Source of the DNA: Planctomycetia bacterium
GTDB taxonomy: Bacteria > Planctomycetota > MHYJ01 > WSZJ01
Direction: 5' to 3'
Assembly: GCA_020849035.1 (NCBI GenBank)
Contig: JADLHC010000110.1
Span: 5,269 to 69,268 of the forward strand
Length of the DNA: 64,000 nt
Shown here: one piece after another, positions 52,672-62,820 of the stretch
How positions within the stretch are numbered: the stretch's first letter is position 1
Layout of the letters: each line of letters opens with the position of its first letter
The notes under the pieces: generated by a model
Seen by the model: the letters and a program-made list of their open reading frames with translations, nothing else
The model's database searches: none
Told to the model about the DNA's origin: nothing
Program-made: the position numbers and the translations under genes

Positions 52672-53787
52672 ATGGCCAACCCGATGGCCCCCCGTGTTTC
52701 CGCGATCTGCGCCCTGTGCCTCGCCGCCACCGCGGCGAGCCTCGGAGCCGAGGTCTATCTCACGACCGACGGCGGCGAGACCTGGCAAAAACGCGGGCCG
52801 GAGGGTCTCGCGGTCCTGCAGCTGGTCCCGGACCCGAAGGACCCGGCCGTCGCCTGGGCGATCGCGAAGCCGACGGTGGCGAAGGAGGGCGAGGACCTGA
52901 GATTCGCGCCGCCGGCCATCCTGCGGACCGGGGACGCGGGAAAAACCTGGGAGAAGAACGCGGCGTGGCAGGGGCCGGATCCGTTCTGCATCGCCGTGGA
53001 CCCGCTGGACCCGCAGGTCGTATGCGTCGGGGGGACATTCGGCAGAATCGGAAGGTCCACCGACGGCGGGAAGACCTGGGGCCTGATCAACCTCAAGGAA
53101 TCGTGCAAGGACGCCGACGGAACGCCCGTGGCCGTCCAGGACGACATCCTCAGGATCTGCGCCCGCGGCGAGCGGATCCTTGCATCGGGCAGACAGCGCG
53201 GCGACCGCGTCCCGGGCGTGGGCAGGCTGCCGGTGGAGGGCGACGGCTTCGTGCTCATGAGCTCCGACTCGGGGAAGTCGTGGACCCGAATCCGCAGATC
53301 GTGGTCATGTTCGTTCGCGATGGCGGGAGACCGGATTCTCGTGGCGGACACCTGGGGAAGCGCGGACGAGTCGTCCGACGGTGGCAAGACGTGGACGAGC
53401 ATCCGGAAGCTGCAGGACCACGAGATCTACCCCAGTCCCGGCTACGGCGTCTTCTCGGTGTCCCCGGACGGGTCGGAAGTGGCGTACTGGTGTCTCGGAC
53501 AGGCGATGACCAGCAGGAAAGCAGGCGAGTGGACGCCGTGGCCGGGAGAGGACCCGACGAAAGCGGCGGAGCGGATCGCCTGGTGCCGCCCTCGGCGCGT
53601 GGCGATCTTCCAGCACGGCAGCTTCGATGAAGGCGGCGTCCGACGCTACCGCCACTCCTCGAAGCGCTCGCTCCGGGTCTGCGACCGGGACGGCGAGTGG
53701 GTCCCGGTCGCCGTCCCGGACGAGAGGACACCCAGGCTGCTCGAGACGGCCTGCGACCGCTCGGCCGCGTGGCTCGTCGCGGAGTAG
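52672..53787 (+). CDS. Secreted BNR/Asp-box repeat beta-propeller protein
   Basis: Signal peptide. Asp-boxes TTDGGETW, TGDAGKTW, STDGGKTW, SSDSGKSW, SSDGGKTW. Confidence 0.75.
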   Translation: MANPMAPRVSAICALCLAATAASLGAEVYLTTDGGETWQKRGPEGLAVLQLVPDPKDPAVAWAIAKPTVAKEGEDLRFAPPAILRTGDAGKTWEKNAAWQGPDPFCIAVDPLDPQVVCVGGTFGRIGRSTDGGKTWGLINLKESCKDADGTPVAVQDDILRICARGERILASGRQRGDRVPGVGRLPVEGDGFVLMSSDSGKSWTRIRRSWSCSFAMAGDRILVADTWGSADESSDGGKTWTSIRKLQDHEIYPSPGYGVFSVSPDGSEVAYWCLGQAMTSRKAGEWTPWPGEDPTKAAERIAWCRPRRVAIFQHGSFDEGGVRRYRHSSKRSLRVCDRDGEWVPVAVPDERTPRLLETACDRSAAWLVAE

Positions 53788-53812
53788 GGCCGGCCCGGCG
53801 TAGAATCGTCGC

Positions 53813-54709
53813 GTGGACCACGACGTCGCCGTCGCCTGGGACTGGGAGCACGACGAGGCCTTCGTCGCGGACCTCGAGCGGGCGTGCCGCGCCCGGGGAA
53901 TGACGTTCCGGTCGGTGACGCCGGCGACGGTGGACGCCGACCTCGCCACGGCGGCCGAGGGGCGCGTCCGGTGGAAGCTGCTGCTCGACCGCGCATGGGA
54001 GAGCGACCCGCGCTTCCTCCGCCTGAACGACACCGTCGCCGCAGCGGGGACGCGCCTCCTGAACCGCCCCGAGCTGTCGGCGCGGATGGGGAACAAGGCG
54101 GCGGCGCACGCGTTGCTTGCGGGGAAGGGCGTGGCGCTGCCGCGGCTGGTGGATTTCATGCCGTCGGAGTGGTCGGACTTCGCGCTGGCGCGGGCGACGG
54201 AGGGGTGGCGGCGGCCGCTCTGGATCAAGCCGGCGTGCGGCGGCGGCGGCGACGGGGTCCTCGCGCTCGAGGAGGTGCCCGCGCGGTTTCCGCTCGGCGT
54301 CCAGTGGGACCGCGAGCGTTGCGTCCTTCAGGAGGACGCGGCGCCGCTGTCGCTCGACGGGCGGCCGGCGTGGTTCCGCGCGGTCCACGTGCTGGGGACG
54401 ATTCACCTGTTCTGGTGGCACCCGCAGACGCACGTCTTCGCGACGGTCACCGCGGCGGAGGCGGCCGCGCACGGGTTGGGCTGCGTGACCGACGTCGCGC
54501 GCGCCGTCGCGGCCCACTGCGAGCTCGAGATCTTCTCCTCCGAGGTCTCCCTCGTCGCGCCCGGCGTCCCGCTCCTCGTGGACCCCGTGAACGATCCCGT
54601 GGACTTCCGGCGCCGGTCGCGCGCAGCGGACGGGATACCGGACGAGGGGCTGGCGGCGATCGTCGAAGCGGCGGCCGACGGGCTGCGGGCGCTGCTGGCG
54701 GACCTCTGA
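53813..54709 (+). CDS. ATP-grasp-like protein
   Basis: Spacing and motifs such as LWIKPACGGGGDGVLAL and LLVDPVNDPVDF suggest an ATP-grasp fold. GTG start. Weak call. Confidence 0.45.
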   Translation: MDHDVAVAWDWEHDEAFVADLERACRARGMTFRSVTPATVDADLATAAEGRVRWKLLLDRAWESDPRFLRLNDTVAAAGTRLLNRPELSARMGNKAAAHALLAGKGVALPRLVDFMPSEWSDFALARATEGWRRPLWIKPACGGGGDGVLALEEVPARFPLGVQWDRERCVLQEDAAPLSLDGRPAWFRAVHVLGTIHLFWWHPQTHVFATVTAAEAAAHGLGCVTDVARAVAAHCELEIFSSEVSLVAPGVPLLVDPVNDPVDFRRRSRAADGIPDEGLAAIVEAAADGLRALLADL

Positions 54710-54711
54710 GA

Positions 54712-55917
54712 TCAGGGCTGGTCGAACGGCCGCCGCGTCGCACGCGGCGCGCATCTCCGAGAGCTTCCGATCGCCCGGCAACAGCTGCCGGCGGAGCGGC
54801 GATTCCCGAGTTCGCGCGCGATCTCGATCGCCTGCTGGTACAGCACCTCCGCCTCCCCCTCGCGGCCGCTCGCTGCCGCGACGTCGGCCAGGGCGCCCAG
54901 CGCGAGCGCTTCGGCCCGGCGGTTGCCGGACGCGCGGTGAAGCTCCAGCGCGGCGCGGAAGTGCGCGACGGACTCCTCCACGCGTCCGGTCTCCATGCAG
55001 ATGCGGGCCGTCATGTCCAGGGTGTTCGCCTCGGACCGGCGGTCCCCGATTTCACGGTGGATGGCGAGCGCGGCCTGCACGAGGCGCTCCGCCTCCTCCC
55101 GCCTTCCCTGCGCGGAACGGATCCCTGCAATCGCCGCCATCGTCGCCGCCTCTTCCGCGCGGAGCCCGAACTCGCGATGGCGATCGAGGGCTTCCGTGAG
55201 GAGCGCCTCTGCCTCCTGCGGTTTGCCCGCGATGCGAAGCAGCTCTCCCTGGTGCCCGAGGAGGATGCCCTCCAGCCGCCGGTCCCCGCAGGAGCGGAAA
55301 ATGTCGACCGCTTCGGCGGCCGCGCGCTCGGAGTCGGCGATGCGTCCGGTTTCCTTGCAGAGGAGGCTCAGGCTGGCCAGGACCCGCCCGACGGAATGCG
55401 AGTCGCCGAGGGCCCGGAATTCCTCGAGGGCCTGCGAGTAGAGCGGCTCGGCCACGGTGTGCCGGCCCGCCAGCGCAGCCGCATGGCCGGCCTTCCCCAC
55501 GGCCTGTGCGCGCTCGGCGCCGCTGGAAAGCTCAGCGAGTCGCATCCACGCGGCCCTCGCCGCGTCGAGCCGGTAGGCGCGCTCGGCAAGTTGCCCTCCC
55601 CGACGGAGGTAGATGCGCTCGGCGTCGCGAAGCGCGCCTCGCGGCGCAGGGTCCGCGAGAGCGGCGTGGGTCGCGAGCTCGAGCGCGAACGGGTCGCTCG
55701 CGTGGGGCACCCACGGTTCGCGCGTCCCGTACACCAGCGGCGCCCCCGCCGGGGGCCGCCCGCCGCACTTCGCCTCGATCAGCTCAAAGGCCAGCCGGTG
55801 CAGCCGGGTGCGGTCGCCGGGAAGCTGCAACTGGTAGGCCGCGTCGCGCAGGAGCGCGTGGCGGAAGAGGTACGCGACTTCGGCCGGGGGCGGAGTGTCT
55901 GCGCTCACAGGCAGCAT
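54712..55917 (-). CDS. TPR (TPR_12-like) protein starting at a STAND winged-helix-like motif, paralog 1
   Basis: N-terminus AEVAYLFRHALLRDAAYQLQLPGDRTRLHRLAFELIEAKCGGRP, followed by about 40-aa TPR units (LALGALADVAAASGREGEAEVLYQQAIEIARELGNRR and others). Confidence 0.7.
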   Translation of the reverse strand: MLPVSADTPPPAEVAYLFRHALLRDAAYQLQLPGDRTRLHRLAFELIEAKCGGRPPAGAPLVYGTREPWVPHASDPFALELATHAALADPAPRGALRDAERIYLRRGGQLAERAYRLDAARAAWMRLAELSSGAERAQAVGKAGHAAALAGRHTVAEPLYSQALEEFRALGDSHSVGRVLASLSLLCKETGRIADSERAAAEAVDIFRSCGDRRLEGILLGHQGELLRIAGKPQEAEALLTEALDRHREFGLRAEEAATMAAIAGIRSAQGRREEAERLVQAALAIHREIGDRRSEANTLDMTARICMETGRVEESVAHFRAALELHRASGNRRAEALALGALADVAAASGREGEAEVLYQQAIEIARELGNRRSAGSCCRAIGSSRRCAPRATRRPFDQP

Positions 55918-55974
55918 GGTACGCGTATTGGGGTCCCGCCCATGGGACTCGGGCCGGTCCGGGAAGTCGCCCGG

Positions 55975-56448
55975 CTACCCCCAGATCTCCATCTTCATGC
56001 GAACGGTCGTCACGGGACCGCCCTCGGGACACTCGAACAGCGGATCAGGTCCTTCGTCCTCGACCTGGAGTCCGCGACCCTGGAACCACCTCCACGCACC
56101 GGTCGCCTTCACCGTGTCCAATCGAAGCCTGCGACAACCCCCCCGGCGTCCTGCGGAGATCACCGCGAAGACCAGGGCCTCGCCGAGGCCGCGTCTCCTC
56201 CAGGCAGGGTCAACGGCAAGTCCGAAGAGCGTCACTTCAACTCCCTCGATCGCGTACTCGACGGTGCCAACGACGGCTCCCTTCTGTCGGACGACGAGGC
56301 GAAAGGACTCTCCCGGGACCGATATTGCTCGACGCTGCCGGGCCGTTTCTGTGGGGCGGTAGTGAAATCGCAACTCGGCGAACACGCGGTCCCGAAGCGC
56401 CCTGGCCGGCCCTTCGTCCGCCGCTTCGGCTCTGCAGACAGTGATCAC
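55975..56448 (-). CDS. GNAT family N-acetyltransferase
   Basis: Motif A LFGLAVDPAWRRRGLGEALV. GTG start at 56448 forms a GTGA overlap with the stop of the upstream kinase-TPR frame. Confidence 0.75.
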   Translation of the reverse strand: MITVCRAEAADEGPARALRDRVFAELRFHYRPTETARQRRAISVPGESFRLVVRQKGAVVGTVEYAIEGVEVTLFGLAVDPAWRRRGLGEALVFAVISAGRRGGCRRLRLDTVKATGAWRWFQGRGLQVEDEGPDPLFECPEGGPVTTVRMKMEIWG

Positions 56449-59400
56449 CTGCGGAGCGATTCTGCGGCCCGCGAGCGAAGTCCCGGATCCGTTGCGAGCC
56501 GCGCGGCCTGCTCGAGGTCCGGCCGCGCGCCGGCGGCGTCGCCGAGCTCGGCGAGCATTTCGCCGCGGGAGAGGAGGGCCTCGGCGCAGCGGGGGTCGAG
56601 GCCGAGGGCGGCGTTGAACTCGGCGAGGGCGTCGTTGTTGGCGTTGACGCCGCCTTTCTGGCGGATGGCGGCGCCGTGGCGGGCGCGGGCGGCGGCGCAC
56701 CTGGGGGCGAGGGCGACGGCCTGCCGGGCGTCGGCGAACGCGCGGTCGGCGTCGCGGCGCGCGAGGTGGACGAAGGCGCGGTGGGCGAAGGCGTCGGCGG
56801 AGCGCGGGGCGGAGCCCACGGCGGCCTCGGCGTCGGCGAGCGCGCCGGGGACGTCGCCGGAGTCGAGGCGCGCCGACGAGCGGGCGAGGAGCGCTTCCAC
56901 GAGCGCCGGGGCGCGGCGGACGGCCTCGTCGAGTTCGCGGAGGGCGTCGCCGTCGCGGCCGAGGGCGCGCAGGGCGGCGGCGTAGCGGACGCGGTGGGAG
57001 GCGGAGTCGGGGTGGCGGCGGACGGCCTCGCGGAGATCCTCGGCGGCGGCGCGAGGTCGAGCGCGCGCGTGAAGTCGGCGAGCGCTTCCCCGGACTGTCC
57101 GCAAGCCAGGCGAAGGTGGCCGCGGTGGAGGTAGGACTCGGGGGACTCGGCGGCCTTGAGGGACGCGTCGTAGTCGGCGAGGGCGCCGGGGACGTCGCCG
57201 CGGCGCTCGCGGCCGATGCCGCGGAGGCGGAGGAGCGCCGGGTCGGCGGGGCGGGCGCGCAGGGCGGTCTCGGCGTCGTCGAGCGCGGCGGGGTCGCCGG
57301 TGCGGAGGCGCGCTTCGCAGCGTTGCCGCAAGGCGACGACGTCGCGCGGCCGGAATTTCAGGGCCTCGGAGAACGCGGCGATCGCGTCGGCCTCCTTGCC
57401 GTGCAGCCGCAGCCACGCGCGCCCGGCCCACGCCCAGCCGTCCGGGTCCGTCACCGTCGCCTTTGCGTACTCGTCGAGCTGCCGCGCCGCCGTCTCGCCG
57501 TGGCCGTCCGCCAGCGCGAGGATCCCCGCCGCCAGCATCACCTCGCGCCGCTCGCGCGTGTGCCCCTGCACGAGCTTCAGCTCCTCCTCGATCTCCCGCC
57601 GGAGCTCCGACTCGTCCGCGACGTCGCCGCGGTCGTGCCCGTGCCGCAGCGCGCCGTAGCGCTCGAGGCGCAGCATCGCGCGCTCGAGGTGGGCCGTGGG
57701 GAAATACGCCGAGGAGGCGATGGCGCGATCGAGCCACGCAAGCGCGTCGTCGCGCCGCCCCTCGACGCGGTACGCCCGCGCCATCTCGAGGCAGGCGTCG
57801 GGGTTCTTCGGCTGCTCCCGCAGCGCCTCGCGGAACTCGCCGCGCGCGGACTCCGCGAGCGGCGCGAGCTCCGCGACCGTCCAGTCCTTCGTGGACAGCA
57901 GGCGGTCGGCGCGGAGCAGGAGGGCCCTCCCGGCGTCCGCGTGGACGCGCGCGCGCTCGGCCGCCAGCTCCGCGTCGAGGGCCTTGCGCGAGAGCGAGCG
58001 GCGCCAGAGCCAGACGAGCACGACGAGATTCACGGCGCCCGCCGCGACGACCGTCGGCACGCCGCGCGGGTCCGCGGCCCCCGTGATCCCCGCGACGCAG
58101 TACGCGCCCAGCAGGATCCCGAGGCAGGAAGACACCACCACCGGGACCAGCGTGGCGCGGTTGCGACGCAACTTCCGCTTCACCCGCCTCCACCCCGTCA
58201 CCGGCTGCGCCCAGACCGCCTCGCCGCGCCGGTGCCGCGAAAGATCCTCGGCGAACGCGTGCGCGTCCGCGTACCGGTCCTCGCGGCGCTTCTCCATCGC
58301 CTTCAGGCACACCGCCTCAAGCTCCTCGTCCGCCTCGCGCGAGCTCGTCGCCGGCCGCGCCGGCTCGTCCTCGAGAATCCGCCGGTACAGGTCCACCAGC
58401 GACTCCGCCTCGAACGGCATCTTCCCCGTCAGCATCTCGTACAGCATCACCCCCAGCGAGTACACGTCCGTCCGCGCGTCCACCTCCGCCGCCTTCCCCT
58501 GCACCTGCTCGGGCGCCATGTACTGCGGCGTCCCGATCACCGCCTGCTCCCGCGTCAGCTTCGTCCCGAACGCCTCCGCGTGCGCCACGCCGAAGTCCGT
58601 CAGCACCACGCGCCCGCCCCGGTCCACCAGCACGTTGCTCGGCTTCAGGTCCCGGTGAATCACCCCCTTGCCGTGCGCGAACGCCACCGCCCGCGCCACG
58701 TCCTCCAGCATCCGCAGCAGCTCGGGAAGCGCCGTCCGCTTCGCCGCGAGGATGTGGGCCAGCGTCGTGCCTTCGACGTAGTCCATCGCGATGAAGTGCA
58801 CACTCTGCCCCATCGCGTCGCGCGCCATCGCGACCTCGTGGATCGAGACGATGTTCGGGTGAGCGAGCTGCGCCGCGATCGCCGCCTCCCGGTGCAGCCG
58901 CGCGATCACCTTCGCCGTGGACTCGTTCTCCTTCAGCACCTTCAGCGCCACCCGCCGCTTCAGCTCCGGGTCCTCCGCCTCGTGCACCACCGCCACGCCG
59001 CCGCGCCCGATCTCCCGGATCAGCGCGTACTTCCCCAGCCTCGGCCGCGTGTCCGTCGGCGCCTGCACCGCCGGCCGGATCCCGCTCCCCGCCGCCGGCT
59101 TCTTCGCCGCCGCCGGCGCGTGCCCCAGCTCGAGGCCGCACTTCACGCACCGCAGCTTCACCTCCGGCGCATGCCCCGACACGTCGTAGACGCGCCCGCA
59201 CTCGAGGCAGACGCGCAGGCCGACGTCCTGCAGGCCGGCGACGTCGGTGAAGCGCTGGGGGGTGAGCACGCCGCGCGACACGAGCACGTCCGACAGCCGC
59301 ACGTCCTCGCCGGCCGCGCGCCGCCGGTCGCGTTCGTCGAGGCACTCTTCCAGCTGCGCCGTGGTCAGGAACGACTTCTCCAGCGCCGTGCGGCACAACG

Positions 59401-59476
59401 CGGCGTCGCGCGCCTCCTCGCCCGCCGTCTCGGCGAGGAAGTTGCGCAGGCGGTCGGCGGTAGAGGGGGAGGTCAT
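56445..59476 (-). pseudogene. Ser/Thr kinase - TM - TPR protein with an apparent frameshift near 57041-57056
   Basis: Kinase motifs VALKVLKE, HRDLKPSNVLV, DFGVA, GTPQYMAPE. TM segment LVPVVVSSCLGILLGAYCVAGI. TPR sequence continues in frame A up to ADFTRALDLAP, then in another frame (AAEDLREAVRRHPD...) down to 56445. Confidence 0.7.
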
Positions 59477-59519
59477 CGCGGGCGAGTGTACAGCGCCCGC
59501 TCCGTGCGATCATGGGCCC

Positions 59520-61175
59520 GTGTCGACCGCCGAGGAAGCCTACGGATTCCGCCACGCTCTGTTGCGGGAAGCGGCGTACCAGCTGCAGCTCCCCGGCGAC
59601 CGTGCGCGGCTCCACAGGCTCGCGATCCTGGCCACGGAGGCGGCCTGCGGCGGCCGCCTGCCGGCTCCGGGCCCGCTGAGCGTCACCCTGGCCGGCGAGG
59701 CTCCCGCGCATCCGGCCGACGCGTTCGCCGCCGAGCTGGCCGACCACGCGCGCTTCGCCGGCGATTCGCCGGACGTCGCCGCGCTCCGCCGCGCGTTCCT
59801 CCGCCGCGCCGCCCTCCATGCCGAGCGGTCCTGGCGGCTGGAAGAGGCGAAGAGGCGCTGGCGCGAGTTGGCCGACGCGTCGGAAGGCGCGGACCGGGGC
59901 GTGGCGCTCTGCAGGGCCGGCGTCGTCGCCTATCGGGGCGGACAGCCGCGGGCCGCCGAGGAACTCGCCTCGGCCGCGGTCGCGATCCTGCGCGGCGCGG
60001 GCGATCCGGCGACCACGGCCGTCGCCCTCGAAACCCTGGTCATGGCCCTGAAGGACCTGGGCCGCCTCGCCGACGCGGACGCCCTCGCCGCCGAGGCGCT
60101 CGAAGCCGCGCGGAGAGCGGGAGACACTTCCCGCATCGGGTCCGTGCTCCAGCGCGCGGCCGTCATCCACCAGACCCTCGGTCGCGTGGACGATGCCGAA
60201 CGCGACTTCCTCGAGGCCCGCAGGCTGTTCGCGGAGATCGGCAACGCCCACGGGGGAGCCGTCGTCACCGGGAGCCTGGCGATCCTCTACCAGCAGCGCG
60301 GCCGGATCGCGGAAGCGGAGGCGGCCTACCGTGAGGCGATCGCGGCCCATCGCGCGTCCGGCGACCGCCGCTCAGCGGGCATCGGCCTCCAGGGACTCGC
60401 CGGGATCCTGCGAACGACCGGGAGGCTGACGGAAGCGCGGGTCGCGCAGGCCGAAGCCCTCGCCCTCGCCAGGGACGCCGGCGACCGGATCTCCGAGGGC
60501 GTCGCACTGGGCCAGGGCGCCGTGCTGCTCAAGGAGGAGGGACGATTCGAGGAAGCGGAGCGGGCGTTCCGGGACGCGCTGGCGGTTTCGCGCGAGACGG
60601 GCGCCCGCAGCGCCGAGGGCGTCGACCTGCTCAACCTCGGGAACCTCCGCGTGAACATGTCCCGGCCCCAGGACGCCCGGCGCAACTACGCGGAAGCCCT
60701 CGCGATCTTCCGGGAAATCGGAGAACACCGCATGGCGGCCTCCGTCCTTACGAACCTTGCCAGCCTGCAGGTGTCCGCCGGTGAGGTGGAGGAGGCGCGC
60801 CGCAACCTGGAGTCGGCCGTCGAAACGCACCGCGCCGTCCGCGATCCCTTTGCCCTGGGCGTCGCCACCGGCCTGCTGGCGAGGGTCCACGCCGCCGACG
60901 GCAACATCCCCGAGGCGCTTCGCCAGTCTGACGAAGCCCTCGGAATCCTGCGCAGCTGCGGCCACCGCGTCTTCGAGGGCGAGGTCCTCTGCAACGCGTC
61001 GCGAATCCTCCTGCAGGCGGGGCGCACGGAAGAGGCCCGCGCCTCCTGGAACGCGGGCGCGAGCATCCTCCGCGAGCTCGGGAGCACTTCGAGGCTCAAG
61101 CGCCAGGAGGAGGAGTGCCGCGCCGCCTGCGCGAAGGCCGGGATCGCCCCATTCGGGATGCCGGAGAAGAGCTGA
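59520..61175 (+). CDS. TPR protein starting at a STAND winged-helix-like motif, paralog 2
   Basis: GTG start, then VSTAEEAYGFRHALLREAAYQLQLPGDRARLHRLAILATEAACGGRLP and about ten TPR_12-like units. Confidence 0.7.
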   Translation: MSTAEEAYGFRHALLREAAYQLQLPGDRARLHRLAILATEAACGGRLPAPGPLSVTLAGEAPAHPADAFAAELADHARFAGDSPDVAALRRAFLRRAALHAERSWRLEEAKRRWRELADASEGADRGVALCRAGVVAYRGGQPRAAEELASAAVAILRGAGDPATTAVALETLVMALKDLGRLADADALAAEALEAARRAGDTSRIGSVLQRAAVIHQTLGRVDDAERDFLEARRLFAEIGNAHGGAVVTGSLAILYQQRGRIAEAEAAYREAIAAHRASGDRRSAGIGLQGLAGILRTTGRLTEARVAQAEALALARDAGDRISEGVALGQGAVLLKEEGRFEEAERAFRDALAVSRETGARSAEGVDLLNLGNLRVNMSRPQDARRNYAEALAIFREIGEHRMAASVLTNLASLQVSAGEVEEARRNLESAVETHRAVRDPFALGVATGLLARVHAADGNIPEALRQSDEALGILRSCGHRVFEGEVLCNASRILLQAGRTEEARASWNAGASILRELGSTSRLKRQEEECRAACAKAGIAPFGMPEKS

Positions 61176-61224
61176 CGTTGCCGGCCGCGGTCCTGCCGGA
61201 CCCGGTGTGCGATCATGGGCCCGC

Positions 61225-62748
61225 ATGACTGCCGAGCAGGCCTTCCTGTTCCGCCACGCTCTCCTTCGCGACGCCGCGTACCAGCTTCAGCTCCCCGCGG
61301 ATCGTGCGAGGCTGCACGGGCTCTCCGTGGCCGCGATCGAGACGCTCTGCGGGTCCAGGCCGGCGGAAGGAGGAGACGCGGCGATTCCCCATGCGACCGA
61401 CGCATTCGCCGAGGAACTGGCGGAGCATGCCCGGGACGCCGGGGAGACTTGGCGAGACGTTCGCGTCCTGTACGTGCGGAGGGCCGCGGAGTCGGCCGCC
61501 CGGAGATTCCAGCCGGCCGCTGAGTCGCGCTGGTGGCTCGAGCTGGCGGGCCTGGTTTCTTCCGCGCAGGAACGGCGGGTCGCGCTCGCTAAGGCAGGAT
61601 CGGCCAGCCTCACGGCGGGGCGGTTCCGTGACGCCGAGAGAGTCCTTCGGGAGGCCCGCGACCTGCATGCCGGCCGCACGGATGGCGCAGTCCTCCGCTC
61701 GCTCGGCACCGCGCTCCGCGAACTGGGGCGAGTCCCGGAAGCGGTCGCGAGCCTCCGGAGCGCCCTCCGGGTCTTCCGCCGCGCGGGCGACGCCGCGGGA
61801 AGCAGCCAGACGCTGCTGCAGCTGGCTTCTCTACGACAGGACACCGGCCGGCCACGCGAGGCGGAACGCATCCTGCGCGGCCTCATGTGCGAGGACGCTC
61901 CCGGAGGCACGCCCGGCCTGCGCGCCTCGGCCGCCGCAGTCCTGGCCCGCGTTTGCGCACGCACCGGCCGCGCCGCCGAGGCCGCACACCTTTACCGCCT
62001 CGCCCTCCGCCACCTCCGCGCCACCGGCCAGCATCGCGGCGAGGGCATCGTCCTGGGGAATCTCGGCAACCTGCTCGCGGACTCGGGCCGGCTCCGCGAC
62101 GCCGGCCGCGCTTACGCCGCCGCGCTCGTCCTTCACCGGACCCACGGCCTCCGCCGCTCGGAGGCCGTCCTTCTCGCGAACGTCGGCCGGATGCTCGAGC
62201 GGAGGCGACGGTATCCGGAGGCGGGGGCGCGATACCGTGAAGCGCTGGCGCTGATGCGGGAGTCCGGCGACCGGCGTTCCGAAGGCGTGACGTTGGGCAA
62301 CCTCGCCAACACCGAGCGGGCGGCGGGCCGCCTCGAGGAGGCAGGCCTCCTCTACGCGGAGGCGCTGGCTCTTCTGCGGGCCGTGCACGACAGGCATGGA
62401 GAAGGCATCGCGCTGGGAAATGCGGCCGACCTGTACGCGCAGCGCGGGGACCCTGCGGCCGCGGATCGCCTGTTCCGGGAGGCGCTCTCCGTACACCGGA
62501 GCGTGAGGAACCGTCGCGACGAAGGGACGGACCGGCTCCGCCACGCGGTGGTCCTCGCAACCCTGGGCCGGTCGGCCGAGGCGCGCCGCCAGTGGCGCGC
62601 GGGGCGGGCGCGGATGGCGGGCTTCGGCAGGAGGCCTCCGGCGAAACTGCGGGGGCAGATGCGAAGGCTCCTGAAGGACGCCCGGATCCCCGCCGGCGGC
62701 GCGGCGCGGCGGCAGGCCCCTCCTGCGCCAACCCGTCCGCGCCGCTGA
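61225..62748 (+). CDS. TPR protein starting at a STAND winged-helix-like motif, paralog 3
   Basis: MTAEQAFLFRHALLRDAAYQLQLPADRARLHGLSVAAIETLCGSRP, then TPR_12-like units. The ORF-track start at 60757 lies inside the previous gene. Confidence 0.7.
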   Translation: MTAEQAFLFRHALLRDAAYQLQLPADRARLHGLSVAAIETLCGSRPAEGGDAAIPHATDAFAEELAEHARDAGETWRDVRVLYVRRAAESAARRFQPAAESRWWLELAGLVSSAQERRVALAKAGSASLTAGRFRDAERVLREARDLHAGRTDGAVLRSLGTALRELGRVPEAVASLRSALRVFRRAGDAAGSSQTLLQLASLRQDTGRPREAERILRGLMCEDAPGGTPGLRASAAAVLARVCARTGRAAEAAHLYRLALRHLRATGQHRGEGIVLGNLGNLLADSGRLRDAGRAYAAALVLHRTHGLRRSEAVLLANVGRMLERRRRYPEAGARYREALALMRESGDRRSEGVTLGNLANTERAAGRLEEAGLLYAEALALLRAVHDRHGEGIALGNAADLYAQRGDPAAADRLFREALSVHRSVRNRRDEGTDRLRHAVVLATLGRSAEARRQWRAGRARMAGFGRRPPAKLRGQMRRLLKDARIPAGGAARRQAPPAPTRPRR

Positions 62749-62820
62749 ACTTCGCGCAGGCCGGATTCCTGGCGCTTCCGCATGCGATCATGCCCTCGCG
62801 TGAACGCCGAAGCGGCCTAA

